A stretch of 56,536 bases of DNA from assembly GCA_947581815.1 (NCBI GenBank), contig CANPVX010000003.1, positions 1-56,536 of the forward strand. The letters run 5' to 3'. This document shows, piece after piece, positions 15,807 to 25,200 of this stretch; position 1 is the first letter of the stretch; each line of letters begins with the position of its first letter. Below the pieces are notes generated by a model. That model worked only from the letters and a program-made list of their open reading frames with translations. It searched no databases and was not told the DNA's origin. The DNA comes from Candidatus Indicimonas acetifermentans. Its GTDB lineage: Bacteria > Gemmatimonadota > Gemmatimonadetes > Palauibacterales > KS3-K002. The position numbers and the translations under genes were made by a program.

Positions 15807-18230
15807 CTATTCCTGCGGTCCGGCCCAGATCCTGATCGGGCCGAACCCCCTGACGCGTAACAAGTATTCCGCCGGCTCCTCGGGTATCGCGAACGCGAGC
15901 GACACGGCCACGGCGTTGGCGGCGCCGCGAGCGGGGGGAGGCACGGTCAAGCGACCCGAGGAGCCGCTGACAAGCATCTTCAGCCCGAACAGCTGAGTCA
16001 CGATGCCGGCCGGCAACAGGACATCATCGCCGTCATCGCCGCCCAAGAGGGCGACGTCGCTTGCCAGATCGAGCTCGAGTGGGGTGCCGGCGGAGCGGTT
16101 TGCACTGGCGCTGTCCGGTCGAAGCGCGAGCACGACCTCGAGGTATCGTCCCGAGGTCGGGTTGGCGCCTGCGTACTCGACGCCCACGTCGCTGCTAACG
16201 ACATTCAGCTCCCAACCGCTCGGGCCGGGCACCCAGTCGCCGACGAGATAGAAGTCGAGTTCCGCGCCACCGAACCTGATGTACTTGTCGAACCAGCGCA
16301 GTTGGCGAAAGAAGAGATCGATACGATGCCGCGGCTCGCGGATGCCATGGCCCTCGCGGGGGTATTTCACGAACTCCACCGTGCGACCCAGATCTACGAG
16401 CGCTCGATACATCTCATTGGAATTGGAGATGAAGGTATTAGGGTCCTCTGCGCCGTGTATGATGAGCACGGGCGTGTGAATGTCAGTTACGTAGCGCATC
16501 GGTGAGCGATCGAGGTATCTGTCCAAGTCCTCCCAGTAATGTGCACGCAGGTATTCGTACTCCCAACGCGGGATATTCGAGTTCGAGTAGTCGGTGATCA
16601 AGCTGAAGATTCCATACATCGATACTGCGCTCTTGAAGCGCTGCGTGCGGCTGATGGTCCAGTTCGTCATGTAGCCGCCGTAGCTGCCTCCATAGATGCC
16701 CAGCCGCGCGGAATCGGCGATGCCCATCTCGATCGCATGATCGACGCCGGCCATCAGGTCGCTGAAATCCCCGCCGGCGAGATCTTCTCGATTTGCCGTG
16801 CCGAAGGTCTCACCGTAGCCGGTGCTGCCTCGGAAGTTGGGCGCTAGAACGGCGTATCCTTGGGCGGCGAACAGCTGGTAGCCGTGGAACTGGTCGAGCA
16901 CGTCGCGCGCGCGACTGGACGGGCCGCCGTGTGGGTTGACCAGCAACGGGTAGCGGCGGTCGTCCTGGTAGTCGGCCGGATAGACCAGTACCCCTTCGAT
17001 TGTGAGGCCGTCGGGCGCCGTCCACTGGATGACCTCCTGTCGCCCCAGCTTCCAGCGCGCGATCCGCTCGTTGAGCTTGGTCAACCTTTCAACCTGCGTG
17101 CCGGCGACGCGCCACAGCTCCGTCCCCTCGGTTGCTGACTCACGGACGGCGTAGATGGTCCCTCCGCCAGGCGCGGCATCGAAAGCGGTGTAGTTGAGAG
17201 GGCCGCTAGTCAGTCGTTGCAGCGCGCCCGCCGCGCTCAGCTCGAACAAGTGCGTGTATGTGCCGAGGGCAGCGCTTAGCACGAGCTCTCCGCCAGCGGG
17301 CCAGCGGTGGGCCAGCACAGCGCGGTCGAAAGCGTCGGTCAGGTTCGTCGGCGTGCCACCCGCCGCCGGCATGCTGAAGAGCTCAGTCTGCGAATACGAG
17401 AGCTCCGACTTTTGGGGCGCCTGAAAGACGATGGTGCGACCGTCCGGCGACCAGACGGGGGAGGTCTCTGAACCGGCTCGATCAGTGAGCCGGCGAGGGT
17501 CCCCGGAGTCAACGCCCAGAACCCAGAGGTCGAAGCTGGTAAAGTCGCCGACCGCGCCGGTGTAGTTGGTGGCGTAGACGATGCTGCGACCGTCGGGACT
17601 GAGCGCGAACTCCGATATGCCGCGCTCGCCTCCCCCCACGTACTCGGCCTCACCGTCGGGCGTCGCGATCCGCCAGAACTCCCGAGGCCGCTCGGCTTCA
17701 TCCCGCACGACCACGGGGTCGTCTTTGGCTTTCTTCTCCTGCTCCGCGATCGCCTCGAGGAGCGCGGGCTCCGCCTGAAGGGTCAGGATGTAGATACTAC
17801 CGTCAGGCGCCCAACCGTAGTCGAACACCCCACCCTGACGACGAGTGAGCTGGATGGCCTCTCCGCCTTGGGCGACGGGGAGCAGCCACACTTGGCGATG
17901 GCTCGCGCCATCTTTGCCCGCCGCTCCCTTCGACAGGAAGGCAAGCCAGGCGCCGTCCGCCGACCAACGCGGCATTCGGACATCGGCTCGCCGCGTCGTG
18001 AGCGCTCGCGGCCCCCCGTCGGGCCGCCATAGGTAGAGCTCGGTACGATACTCACTCGACTCGAGGTCGGCTTTGGTGACCGTGAAGGCCACGCTACCTC
18101 CGTCGGGGGACACTTGCACCGCGCCCAGGTCCTTCAGTTCGAGGTACTCTTCGACGGTGACGGGTGTCTGTGGCGATTGGGTCTGGATGCTCAGGAGTAG
18201 CGTGAGCAGCGCTAAGCTCATACGAGGCAC
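15807..18230 (-). CDS. S9 family serine peptidase (acylaminoacyl/prolyl oligopeptidase type) with a ~150-aa C-terminal extension
   Basis: N-terminal beta-propeller repeats (SPDG... motifs). Catalytic GGSYGGYM, with later Asp/His (IIHGAEDP, EGHGI). An extra C-terminal domain follows the hydrolase fold. Confidence 0.9.
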   Translation of the reverse strand: MPRMSLALLTLLLSIQTQSPQTPVTVEEYLELKDLGAVQVSPDGGSVAFTVTKADLESSEYRTELYLWRPDGGPRALTTRRADVRMPRWSADGAWLAFLSKGAAGKDGASHRQVWLLPVAQGGEAIQLTRRQGGVFDYGWAPDGSIYILTLQAEPALLEAIAEQEKKAKDDPVVVRDEAERPREFWRIATPDGEAEYVGGGERGISEFALSPDGRSIVYATNYTGAVGDFTSFDLWVLGVDSGDPRRLTDRAGSETSPVWSPDGRTIVFQAPQKSELSYSQTELFSMPAAGGTPTNLTDAFDRAVLAHRWPAGGELVLSAALGTYTHLFELSAAGALQRLTSGPLNYTAFDAAPGGGTIYAVRESATEGTELWRVAGTQVERLTKLNERIARWKLGRQEVIQWTAPDGLTIEGVLVYPADYQDDRRYPLLVNPHGGPSSRARDVLDQFHGYQLFAAQGYAVLAPNFRGSTGYGETFGTANREDLAGGDFSDLMAGVDHAIEMGIADSARLGIYGGSYGGYMTNWTISRTQRFKSAVSMYGIFSLITDYSNSNIPRWEYEYLRAHYWEDLDRYLDRSPMRYVTDIHTPVLIIHGAEDPNTFISNSNEMYRALVDLGRTVEFVKYPREGHGIREPRHRIDLFFRQLRWFDKYIRFGGAELDFYLVGDWVPGPSGWELNVVSSDVGVEYAGANPTSGRYLEVVLALRPDSASANRSAGTPLELDLASDVALLGGDDGDDVLLPAGIVTQLFGLKMLVSGSSGRLTVPPPARGAANAVAVSLAFAIPEEPAEYLLRVRGFGPIRIWAGPQE

Positions 18231-18348
18231 TCTTCCGCTGATCGTCTATGCAACTCGCTAACAATCGGCAACATATTGGCCATGCCTTTGCGGGCACACA
18301 AGGAGTGACTGCGAGAGACTTGAGGGTGAGAGCGAGTCGCAGGAGTCG

Positions 18349-19863
18349 CTACCAAAGCATAGCATTGATCGAGATCCCCACCGCAAAGTAGTCGAACTTC
18401 AAGCCCTCGACCGTTTCCACCAACTCTTTCTGGGTACTGCCGTCGGGATTGACTTGGGTCCGGAAGATCTCGACGTCGGGCCGGCTGTAGTTGTATTCCC
18501 CGTACACGCCGAGCGCGATCGCCCGGCTCAGCTGCCCGCGCAGACCGATACCGGCTGCCCAACCCACGGTATCTTTGGGGTTGAATTCCACTATGGGCAG
18601 CTCTTTCACGCCGAGCTCCTCCTGGCGGTCTTCGACGACGGTGATTCTCACCGAGCTGGTCGCTCCCGAGGCCCAGCCGCCCGTCAACTTGCCGGTTGCC
18701 GAGAGCCTTTGGCTCAACGGAAGGTTGAAGAAAGCCCCGCCGAAGAGGGACTGCATCCCCATAGGCGACGTTGTAACGGCCGCCGCGATCGAATCGATTT
18801 GCGGGTCGGGCGTGAAGTTGTCGGAGTCGATGGGGAAGTTGCCAATAGAGAGCTCGCCGCCCAACCCGAAATTCGTGTTCAAGAAATAGGCTCCCTCGAA
18901 CCCGTAGTTGATCCCGCCATTCGCGGAGAACTCATCATCTCTGTCCTCCAGGTCGCCCACATGCCTGGCGACGCCCGCTTTGAAGTCGAGGAAGGAGGGA
19001 TTCCCCCTAGGCCGATCGGCGGGCCCTTTCGGCGGCAGCTCGTTGGTCCACCTATCGCCTACGACCTCCTCAACCAGGAGGTAGCCCAACTCTACGCTCA
19101 GGATGCCCACACCGGCTCCGAACAGGACATCGGATATCCAGTGCTTGTCGTTGAGCAGCCGGATTGCGCCCGTGATGGTCGCGATGGAGTATCCGCCGAT
19201 GCTGTAGTAGACGCTCCGCGGACCGTACTCCTTGGACATGAACGCTGCACCAACGAATGCCCGCATTGTGTGGCCTGATGGAAAGGTCGAGAGAGAGGAG
19301 CCATCGGGCCGTTCCAGATCGAGGGTCCGCTTTCCGGCAGTGACGAGCAGGTTGGCGATGCTGAATCCGACGAACCATGAAGCCGCGGCCCTGCCCAGCG
19401 AGTGCTGGCCCTTCACGCCGGCGATATTGAGGCCGAACGTGATAAGCTCGGGGAGCGCCTGGGCAACGTCGTCGAAGTTATCCTCGAAATCTGGGAAGTA
19501 ATCGTCCCTAAAATCGCGCACATCCGTTCTACTTGGGAAAGTGAGGAGGCCGAGCGTCATCAACGTCGCCGGCGCGATCGTGATCTTGAACGCGCGGGTC
19601 TGATAGAACTTAAGCTCGTCTTGTTTCGCGGGGCCGGGTTCGAAGGCGGATAGCCGCTTGAACAGCACTCGGTTCGATGAGATGCCCAGCCGGTAGTCAT
19701 GATTGGGGGCGAGAGCACGTGAGGTGTACGCTCTGAGCTGAACGATCCGCCGGGTCGGTGAAATCTCGACCTCTTGGGCGTTCCCGTCGATGAGTGGGGA
19801 TAGGCACAACGCCAGCATCACGATACTGGCTCGATTCTGGGCTCGCGCGGGCGGAGTCGGCAT
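18349..19863 (-). CDS. PAP2 (acid phosphatase/lipid phosphatase) domain fused to a C-terminal beta-barrel-like domain
   Basis: Complete PAP2 tripartite motif: KRTLDLERP, PSGH and RLLNDKHWISD. The C-terminal ~200 aa has alternating beta-strand character and ends in an aromatic residue (...INAMLW). Confidence 0.8.
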   Translation of the reverse strand: MPTPPARAQNRASIVMLALCLSPLIDGNAQEVEISPTRRIVQLRAYTSRALAPNHDYRLGISSNRVLFKRLSAFEPGPAKQDELKFYQTRAFKITIAPATLMTLGLLTFPSRTDVRDFRDDYFPDFEDNFDDVAQALPELITFGLNIAGVKGQHSLGRAAASWFVGFSIANLLVTAGKRTLDLERPDGSSLSTFPSGHTMRAFVGAAFMSKEYGPRSVYYSIGGYSIATITGAIRLLNDKHWISDVLFGAGVGILSVELGYLLVEEVVGDRWTNELPPKGPADRPRGNPSFLDFKAGVARHVGDLEDRDDEFSANGGINYGFEGAYFLNTNFGLGGELSIGNFPIDSDNFTPDPQIDSIAAAVTTSPMGMQSLFGGAFFNLPLSQRLSATGKLTGGWASGATSSVRITVVEDRQEELGVKELPIVEFNPKDTVGWAAGIGLRGQLSRAIALGVYGEYNYSRPDVEIFRTQVNPDGSTQKELVETVEGLKFDYFAVGISINAMLW

Positions 19864-19867
19864 GCGA

Positions 19868-20551
19868 TTATTCGCGCCCGATGCGGATCACAAGGCCTGC
19901 GGTGAAGAGCAAGTCGTTTTGGAATCGTGAATCCGCCTCGATCTGGTCATCTTCACCGATCGTTACCCGGCCCTTGAACGAGTAGAGGAAATCTTCGGCA
20001 TCCGCGCGTATAGCGAAGCGCCGCGACAGGTTGTAGGTGACGCCGATGTCGATAACGCCGCCGAGGTCCGTGATGGCGTCTCCGCCACCCCAGAAATCGC
20101 CCTGATGACCGATCACGGCGGCGCCGCCCCCGACGAGGATACCCCAGGGTGAATCACCGGCCGGCAAAAACCGGTAGAGTAGCTTGGAACTGAGATACCA
20201 GACCCGGGCGCTGCAGCTGAAATCAGGGACGTCGGCACAGGCGTCGCCGACCCCGGAAATGCCCGCTGCGGTCGTCTCGAGGTCGCTGAAGGCGTAACTG
20301 AAGTAGCCTGCCTCCCAAGCGAGGTTTTTGCTCCACCAGGCCCCGAGTCTGGCGCCGAGTACGCCGGCGGTCTTCTGCTTCACCGTGACGGTGCCCGTCC
20401 CAAACGCGGTATCCGACACGCTGAATTCCCCGAGATCCGCCGTCGGTACGAAGATGCCCGCCAAGGGAGTGAACTCGATTTGTTGCGCCGTGCCAGGGCT
20501 GGCGGGGAACAGGACCAGAAGTGCCGCAATCGACCAAACGCGTTTGGTCAA
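19868..20551 (-). CDS. Outer-membrane beta-barrel protein (OmpW/OprF-N-like small barrel)
   Basis: Signal peptide ending in TAQQ, alternating hydrophobic strands and Gly/aromatic girdles. There is a 4-nt gap to the downstream PAP2 gene. Confidence 0.65.
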   Translation of the reverse strand: MTKRVWSIAALLVLFPASPGTAQQIEFTPLAGIFVPTADLGEFSVSDTAFGTGTVTVKQKTAGVLGARLGAWWSKNLAWEAGYFSYAFSDLETTAAGISGVGDACADVPDFSCSARVWYLSSKLLYRFLPAGDSPWGILVGGGAAVIGHQGDFWGGGDAITDLGGVIDIGVTYNLSRRFAIRADAEDFLYSFKGRVTIGEDDQIEADSRFQNDLLFTAGLVIRIGRE

Positions 20552-20593
20552 CGATCCTCCGGATTCGTATCGGTGGCGTGGGTCAGCCGCGCC

Positions 20594-21493
20594 TCAGGGC
20601 GACAGCGAAGGGTTGTAATAGAGCATGAACTCGAAGAACTTGGACACCTCGACCATATTCTCGCCGACGAAGCGTATGCTGTGCGAATCGGTGCGCTCGA
20701 CGATTGGCAGGTAGGCGAGCACTTCAGACGGCCGGTAGTTCTTGAAGCGGACGTCGGCGGTGATCGGCGTCTGCAACCTGTAGGGGCTGAAGTCGTCGAG
20801 GCGGCGCAGCGCGGCCGCCGCTTTGGCCCGTATGAGCTCGTAGGCCGCTTCCGGCATGATCGTCCTTCCGGAGTGGAAGCCGATCGACCATTTGACCACG
20901 GCTCCTTCGATGTCGCCGAGCAGTTTGCGCGCTTCATCCACGATGGCATCGTCGCCCGAGATCATGACGACGGGCACACCGAAGTGTCCGGCGATGGCCG
21001 CGTTGATCCCCGCCTCGGGCATCGGGGTTCCGTTGAGCTTAACGCTGGCCAATCGCGCGCTCGACATGGTGTGAGCGCGTATCCCGTTTGGATTGTCTGT
21101 GCTCGCGTGATAGCCGATGAAGATCGCGGCATCGAAGGTCTCATCGATTCCCTGCATCATCATCAAGGGCCGCGGCCACGCGCGCACGAGCGTGATATCC
21201 TGGGGAAGCTTCTCGATCAGCAGGTTTTGGCCGTTGCCGTGGGAGTCGCTTACCAGGATCTCAGTGGCGCCGGCGTCTCGCGCGCCTTCGATGGCGGCGA
21301 TGACCTCCTGGGTCATGAACTCGCGGAAGCGAGTGTACTCGAAGCCGGACGGCCCGAGCTGCTGATCTGTGACCACGCCAACGACACCCTCCATGTCGGC
21401 GGAGATGTAGACCTTGAGGCCCCGCTGACCCGAGGCGACCGAGGGGTTTAGCAGAGCCGACGCCATCAGCAAGGACCAGACCTCGCGTCTCAT
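20594..21493 (-). CDS. M55 family metallopeptidase (D-aminopeptidase DppA type), secreted
   Basis: KVYISADMEGVVGV N-terminal motif, plus SDSHGNG and YHAS motifs. Confidence 0.85.
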   Translation of the reverse strand: MRREVWSLLMASALLNPSVASGQRGLKVYISADMEGVVGVVTDQQLGPSGFEYTRFREFMTQEVIAAIEGARDAGATEILVSDSHGNGQNLLIEKLPQDITLVRAWPRPLMMMQGIDETFDAAIFIGYHASTDNPNGIRAHTMSSARLASVKLNGTPMPEAGINAAIAGHFGVPVVMISGDDAIVDEARKLLGDIEGAVVKWSIGFHSGRTIMPEAAYELIRAKAAAALRRLDDFSPYRLQTPITADVRFKNYRPSEVLAYLPIVERTDSHSIRFVGENMVEVSKFFEFMLYYNPSLSP

Positions 21494-21551
21494 CGTTCTC
21501 CTCCCGAGTTGGATCTTGAATGTTGGTAGGGGTCAACGTCAAATCGACCTG

Positions 21552-22709
21552 TTAGAAATAGAACTGATACTGTGTCTTGAACGAGTTCACGGTGCGTAGA
21601 TCGTTATTGAAGATCGCGAAGTCCCAGTTGAAGGCGATCCGCTGTCGCTCTGCGAAGAAGAGCTGCACACCGGGCGTGAGGCCCCACATCTCATTTCTGT
21701 CTTGGTCTGTGTTCGGATCGGCGTACGTTACGCGCAAGACGGCCTCGATAGCCTGGATAAACCGGCTGCCGTGTATCGGGAAACTGTAGCCGCCGATCGC
21801 TTGTGTGGCCCATGCATTCGCGAACTCATCGCCGTCGGCGAGATCGATCGGCATCCCCGCCTTGCTCTCGAGCGGGTTCTGCCCAACGAATAGCTCGCTC
21901 TGAATGATCAGACCGCTGTCGAAATCGCCCAGCTGGACCCATAGCTCGAAGTTCGAGTAAGTCTCGTCTGCGCGCTCGCCCGACGGCCGAACGAAAGGTT
22001 CGGCGCTGAGAGCTCCTGCGGCCGCCACTGCCAGCGGCAGCGCCCCGACCTTGGTCGAGTACTGTACCCGGCCAATCAGCTGCTTTGCGTCCGCGTCGGA
22101 GTTGTTGGACGTCGCGCTGTTGCCGTTGAACACACCCGCCCAGTACTCGAAGCCGCCGTCCGCGACCGCGCCGGTCAGCATGATACCGTTGTTCCGGTTC
22201 GACAGATTGAACTGTTCGGTGAATTCGTCGAGCGAGAGCGCCGCCGTGCTCGGAACGCCCGGGATATCGATGTCGCGCTCTATGGTGAGGATCTGGGTCG
22301 AGCTCATCATCTGGAATCCATCGAACGGCCGCTTGAAGTGGCCGATCTGGAGATGCACAGCCTCGCTGAAGTTGAGGCGACCATAAGCGTCCGTAAGGTT
22401 CGTCTCGTCCAGGATGTCGGTGCTCGGCGCAAACTCCGGCGCGAACCGCCCTTCGATGAAGTCGCTGATCGTTACCGTGAGCTCGAGCCGCGCCCTCCGA
22501 ATGAACCACGCCGTGGCGGGTACCTCCTCCATACAGGGGAGCTGAACGGGAAACGCCGAGCAGCTGCTTCGCCGAGCCTGAAACTGGACCCGGCCGCCGA
22601 TCCGGAGCGTCGCGCCTTTCGAGCTGATCTCGAACTGGCCGAGGCCGGGCTCGGGGGCGAGTAGGACGGCGACCGCCAGAGGGGCTAGAACCGCCAACAA
22701 CCTTTTCAT
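21552..22709 (-). CDS. Phosphate-selective porin O/P-like outer-membrane porin (paralog 1)
   Basis: Signal peptide from MKRLL. Motifs RIGGRVQFQ, FIRRARLE and GHFKRPF. C-terminal YQFYF. Confidence 0.8.
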   Translation of the reverse strand: MKRLLAVLAPLAVAVLLAPEPGLGQFEISSKGATLRIGGRVQFQARRSSCSAFPVQLPCMEEVPATAWFIRRARLELTVTISDFIEGRFAPEFAPSTDILDETNLTDAYGRLNFSEAVHLQIGHFKRPFDGFQMMSSTQILTIERDIDIPGVPSTAALSLDEFTEQFNLSNRNNGIMLTGAVADGGFEYWAGVFNGNSATSNNSDADAKQLIGRVQYSTKVGALPLAVAAAGALSAEPFVRPSGERADETYSNFELWVQLGDFDSGLIIQSELFVGQNPLESKAGMPIDLADGDEFANAWATQAIGGYSFPIHGSRFIQAIEAVLRVTYADPNTDQDRNEMWGLTPGVQLFFAERQRIAFNWDFAIFNNDLRTVNSFKTQYQFYF

Positions 22710-22987
22710 GTGTGTAGATCCTTGTGGTTGGCGTCGTAAGAGCGGGCGTAACATAGAGCTTGTATGAGGATGCCTGCAATCTTAGATCAGTCATCATTCG
22801 TAAGGGGCAGAGACCCGCCTCGATCGTCCTATCGCGCGGCGACCGTCAGGGGAGTTGCCTTCGCCTGGTCCGCCCGCCATATAGCTAGCGGTCAGGCGGC
22901 CGGGATATTGCCCGGCCCCACATCGAGATTCATCGCCTGTATAGACAAGCCCATGATTTCTTTGCACTTAGCGTGCGTTCCGTAGGG

Positions 22988-24103
22988 ATGAACAGCGCCA
23001 AATCACGCGACCCAGGCGTCGCCGGGCTGCGTGTGGCGTTGACGGCTGCGCTGGCGCTCGCGGTCTCGGTATGTGCGAGCGAGGGGCTCGCGCAGGCGCA
23101 AGAGGATTCGAGGCCAGTCCGGATCACCCTAGTGGGGCGTGTGCAAGTCCAGTGGAACACGACATCACTGAACGGAGAAGATCAGCCGAGCAACGAATTC
23201 GAGATACGCAGGGCGCGCATGACCGGCCTGGTGAGAATCAACAGGCTGATCAGCGGCGTGATCATGCCCTTTTTTGGGCAGGGCGAAGTTGGCCTGGCGG
23301 ACGCGTATGTGCGTTTCAGCTTCGACACGCGCTTCGGGGTTTTGCTCGGACAGTTCAAGCGGCCCTTCGATTTGTTTGTCCTTGAGAGCTCGAATCGCAG
23401 TTTGGTGATCGAGCGAGTTGGGACCATAAGAGGAGTGAATGATTGCCCAGGTGTCGAAGGTGTGTGCAGCCTTCCAAGGCTCACGGAAAACCTCCAGTTT
23501 GCGAATCGCGATATCGGCCTGAAGGTCGAAGGGTTCCTCGGGATCGGCAAGGTGAAATACGAGGCCTCGCTGACCAACGGGTCCGGCGCGAACACTACCG
23601 ATGAAAACAACACCAAATCGTACTCGGCGAGGATCGAATATGGCATAGGCCAGCGGGTCAGGCTGGGCGGCTTTGCGGGCCTTCACGATTTCGTGAACGA
23701 TGTGACCGGCGATCGGGGTGATTACGCTTTCGCTTTCGGCGGCGATGTCGAATGGGGGACCTACAGCCCCGGCTTCCATCTGCAGGCCGGTGTGGTTCTG
23801 GGTAATAACTGGGAAGTCTTAGACGCCGAGGGCAACCCAGCCACCTTCTTCACGGTCGAGGCGATCGGGGCTTATCGAGTCGCGACTGCCAGACGCCGAA
23901 GGGTTAGTTCGATCGAGCCGGTCTTGAGGGTGAGCTTTAGCGATCCAGCTGACCTGGACCGCACACAGGGCTTTCTCGTGACGCCGGGCTTCATCGTGAA
24001 TTTTCAGCGACTCAACAGGCTGGCGGTCAACTTCGATCTATGGGTCCCAACTGAGGGCCCGGCCGAATGGTCGGTCAAGCTCCAGTCCTACATGGTGTTT
24101 TAA
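22988..24103 (+). CDS. Phosphate-selective porin O/P-like porin (paralog 2)
   Basis: Motifs VGRVQVQWN, EIRRARM and GQFKRPFD. C-terminal YMVF. Aligns by eye along its whole length with paralog 3. Confidence 0.8.
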   Translation: MNSAKSRDPGVAGLRVALTAALALAVSVCASEGLAQAQEDSRPVRITLVGRVQVQWNTTSLNGEDQPSNEFEIRRARMTGLVRINRLISGVIMPFFGQGEVGLADAYVRFSFDTRFGVLLGQFKRPFDLFVLESSNRSLVIERVGTIRGVNDCPGVEGVCSLPRLTENLQFANRDIGLKVEGFLGIGKVKYEASLTNGSGANTTDENNTKSYSARIEYGIGQRVRLGGFAGLHDFVNDVTGDRGDYAFAFGGDVEWGTYSPGFHLQAGVVLGNNWEVLDAEGNPATFFTVEAIGAYRVATARRRRVSSIEPVLRVSFSDPADLDRTQGFLVTPGFIVNFQRLNRLAVNFDLWVPTEGPAEWSVKLQSYMVF

Positions 24104-24104
24104 G

Positions 24105-25187
24105 ATGACGAAGATCATGGTCACGGCTACGAAGGCGACTCTCTTGGGTCTGGTCTTGATGGCCAACTCCAGCCTCGCGCAGGTGGAGGTCAAAGTAAAC
24201 GCCCTCGAGGTCAAGTTGACCGGCCGCGCACATGTGCAGTTCAATACGACTTCGGTGGATAGCGAGAAGGTTCCGAGCAGCCTATTCGTCGTCCGCAGCG
24301 CTCGACTAACCGTTGAGATCAAGGTCACGGACTTCGTGAGCGGAAAGATTCAGCCGGACTATAGTACGGATGGGTTCCGCCTCGAGGACGCCTACATGGA
24401 TCTCAACTTCCATCCTGCATTCATCGTGAGGATGGGCCAGTTCAAGAGAGGATTCGACTTCTTCGGACTGGAAAGCCTGAGGCGGAATCTGGTCGTGGAG
24501 CGCGACGGCGTCATCCGCGGTTTCGACGTCTGCTCGGGCGTGGGGAGGATATGCAGCTACAGCCGCTTCACCGAGGAGCTCGAGTTCTCGGATCGCGATA
24601 TCGGGCTAGGGGTCGGAGGGGTGCTCGACCAGTTCGTGTGGTCAGCTTCGGTCACGAACGGAGAGGGCGCCAACAAGAAGGACAAAAACGACAGCAAGTC
24701 CTTCTCGGGGCGGCTAGAGCTCTGGCCCAACAGTGACACCCGGATAGGGGCGAACATCGGAGGCCACGATTTCGTCAACGAAACGACGGGCCAAGATAAC
24801 GATTACGCCTACGCGTTCGGCGCCGACGTCAATTGGGGCAGTTATGACGGCGGCTGGCACGTTCAGGCCGGTATCACGGCCGGAGACAACTGGCGGAACC
24901 TCGATTCGAGTGGCGATCCGAGCACCTTCGTCACCACCCAGGCCATATTGGCCTACAGGTTCCCGCTTCGCGGCACAGATCTACTCGATGGGGTCGTGCC
25001 GTTGGGTCGCGTGAGCTGGGGCGATCCGAACACCGACTCATCGAACGACGACGGCATCCTGTTCACCCCGGGGGTGATACTTTATTTCAGCGGCCTGAAT
25101 CGATTCGCGATGAACGCTGACATCTATTCGCCCGGCGCGGGCCAGACGGAGTGGTCGTTCAAGGCCCAGATGTACCTAGCCTTTTGA
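24105..25187 (+). CDS. Phosphate-selective porin O/P-like porin (paralog 3)
   Basis: Starts 1 nt after the paralog 2 stop. Motifs TGRAHVQFN, VRSARL and GQFKRGFD. C-terminal YLAF. Confidence 0.8.
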   Translation: MTKIMVTATKATLLGLVLMANSSLAQVEVKVNALEVKLTGRAHVQFNTTSVDSEKVPSSLFVVRSARLTVEIKVTDFVSGKIQPDYSTDGFRLEDAYMDLNFHPAFIVRMGQFKRGFDFFGLESLRRNLVVERDGVIRGFDVCSGVGRICSYSRFTEELEFSDRDIGLGVGGVLDQFVWSASVTNGEGANKKDKNDSKSFSGRLELWPNSDTRIGANIGGHDFVNETTGQDNDYAYAFGADVNWGSYDGGWHVQAGITAGDNWRNLDSSGDPSTFVTTQAILAYRFPLRGTDLLDGVVPLGRVSWGDPNTDSSNDDGILFTPGVILYFSGLNRFAMNADIYSPGAGQTEWSFKAQMYLAF

Positions 25188-25200
25188 CTCGAGTATCGCT

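Noticed and set aside
20480-21451. Long ORFs antisense to, or out of frame with, confidently identified genes. Examples: 20480..21451(+), 21826..22797(-), 41222..42355(+), 52727..53626(-), 36377..37285(-), 3057..3995(+), 43239..44225(+), 38863..39624(+).
   Set aside because: Each overlaps a gene with unmistakable family motifs (DppA, porin, GGT, arginase, flavoprotein reductase, multicopper oxidase, Omp85-like, amidohydrolase). Their translations are Arg/Ala/Gly/Pro-rich low-complexity sequence, the usual artefact of high-GC DNA.
22710-22987. 278-nt divergent porin intergenic region, including the GGCCGGG-ATATTG-CCCGGCC hairpin (~22898-22917), considered as an sRNA or terminator.
   Set aside because: There is no T-tract on either strand and no further conserved-looking structure. 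This is most simply two divergent promoters.
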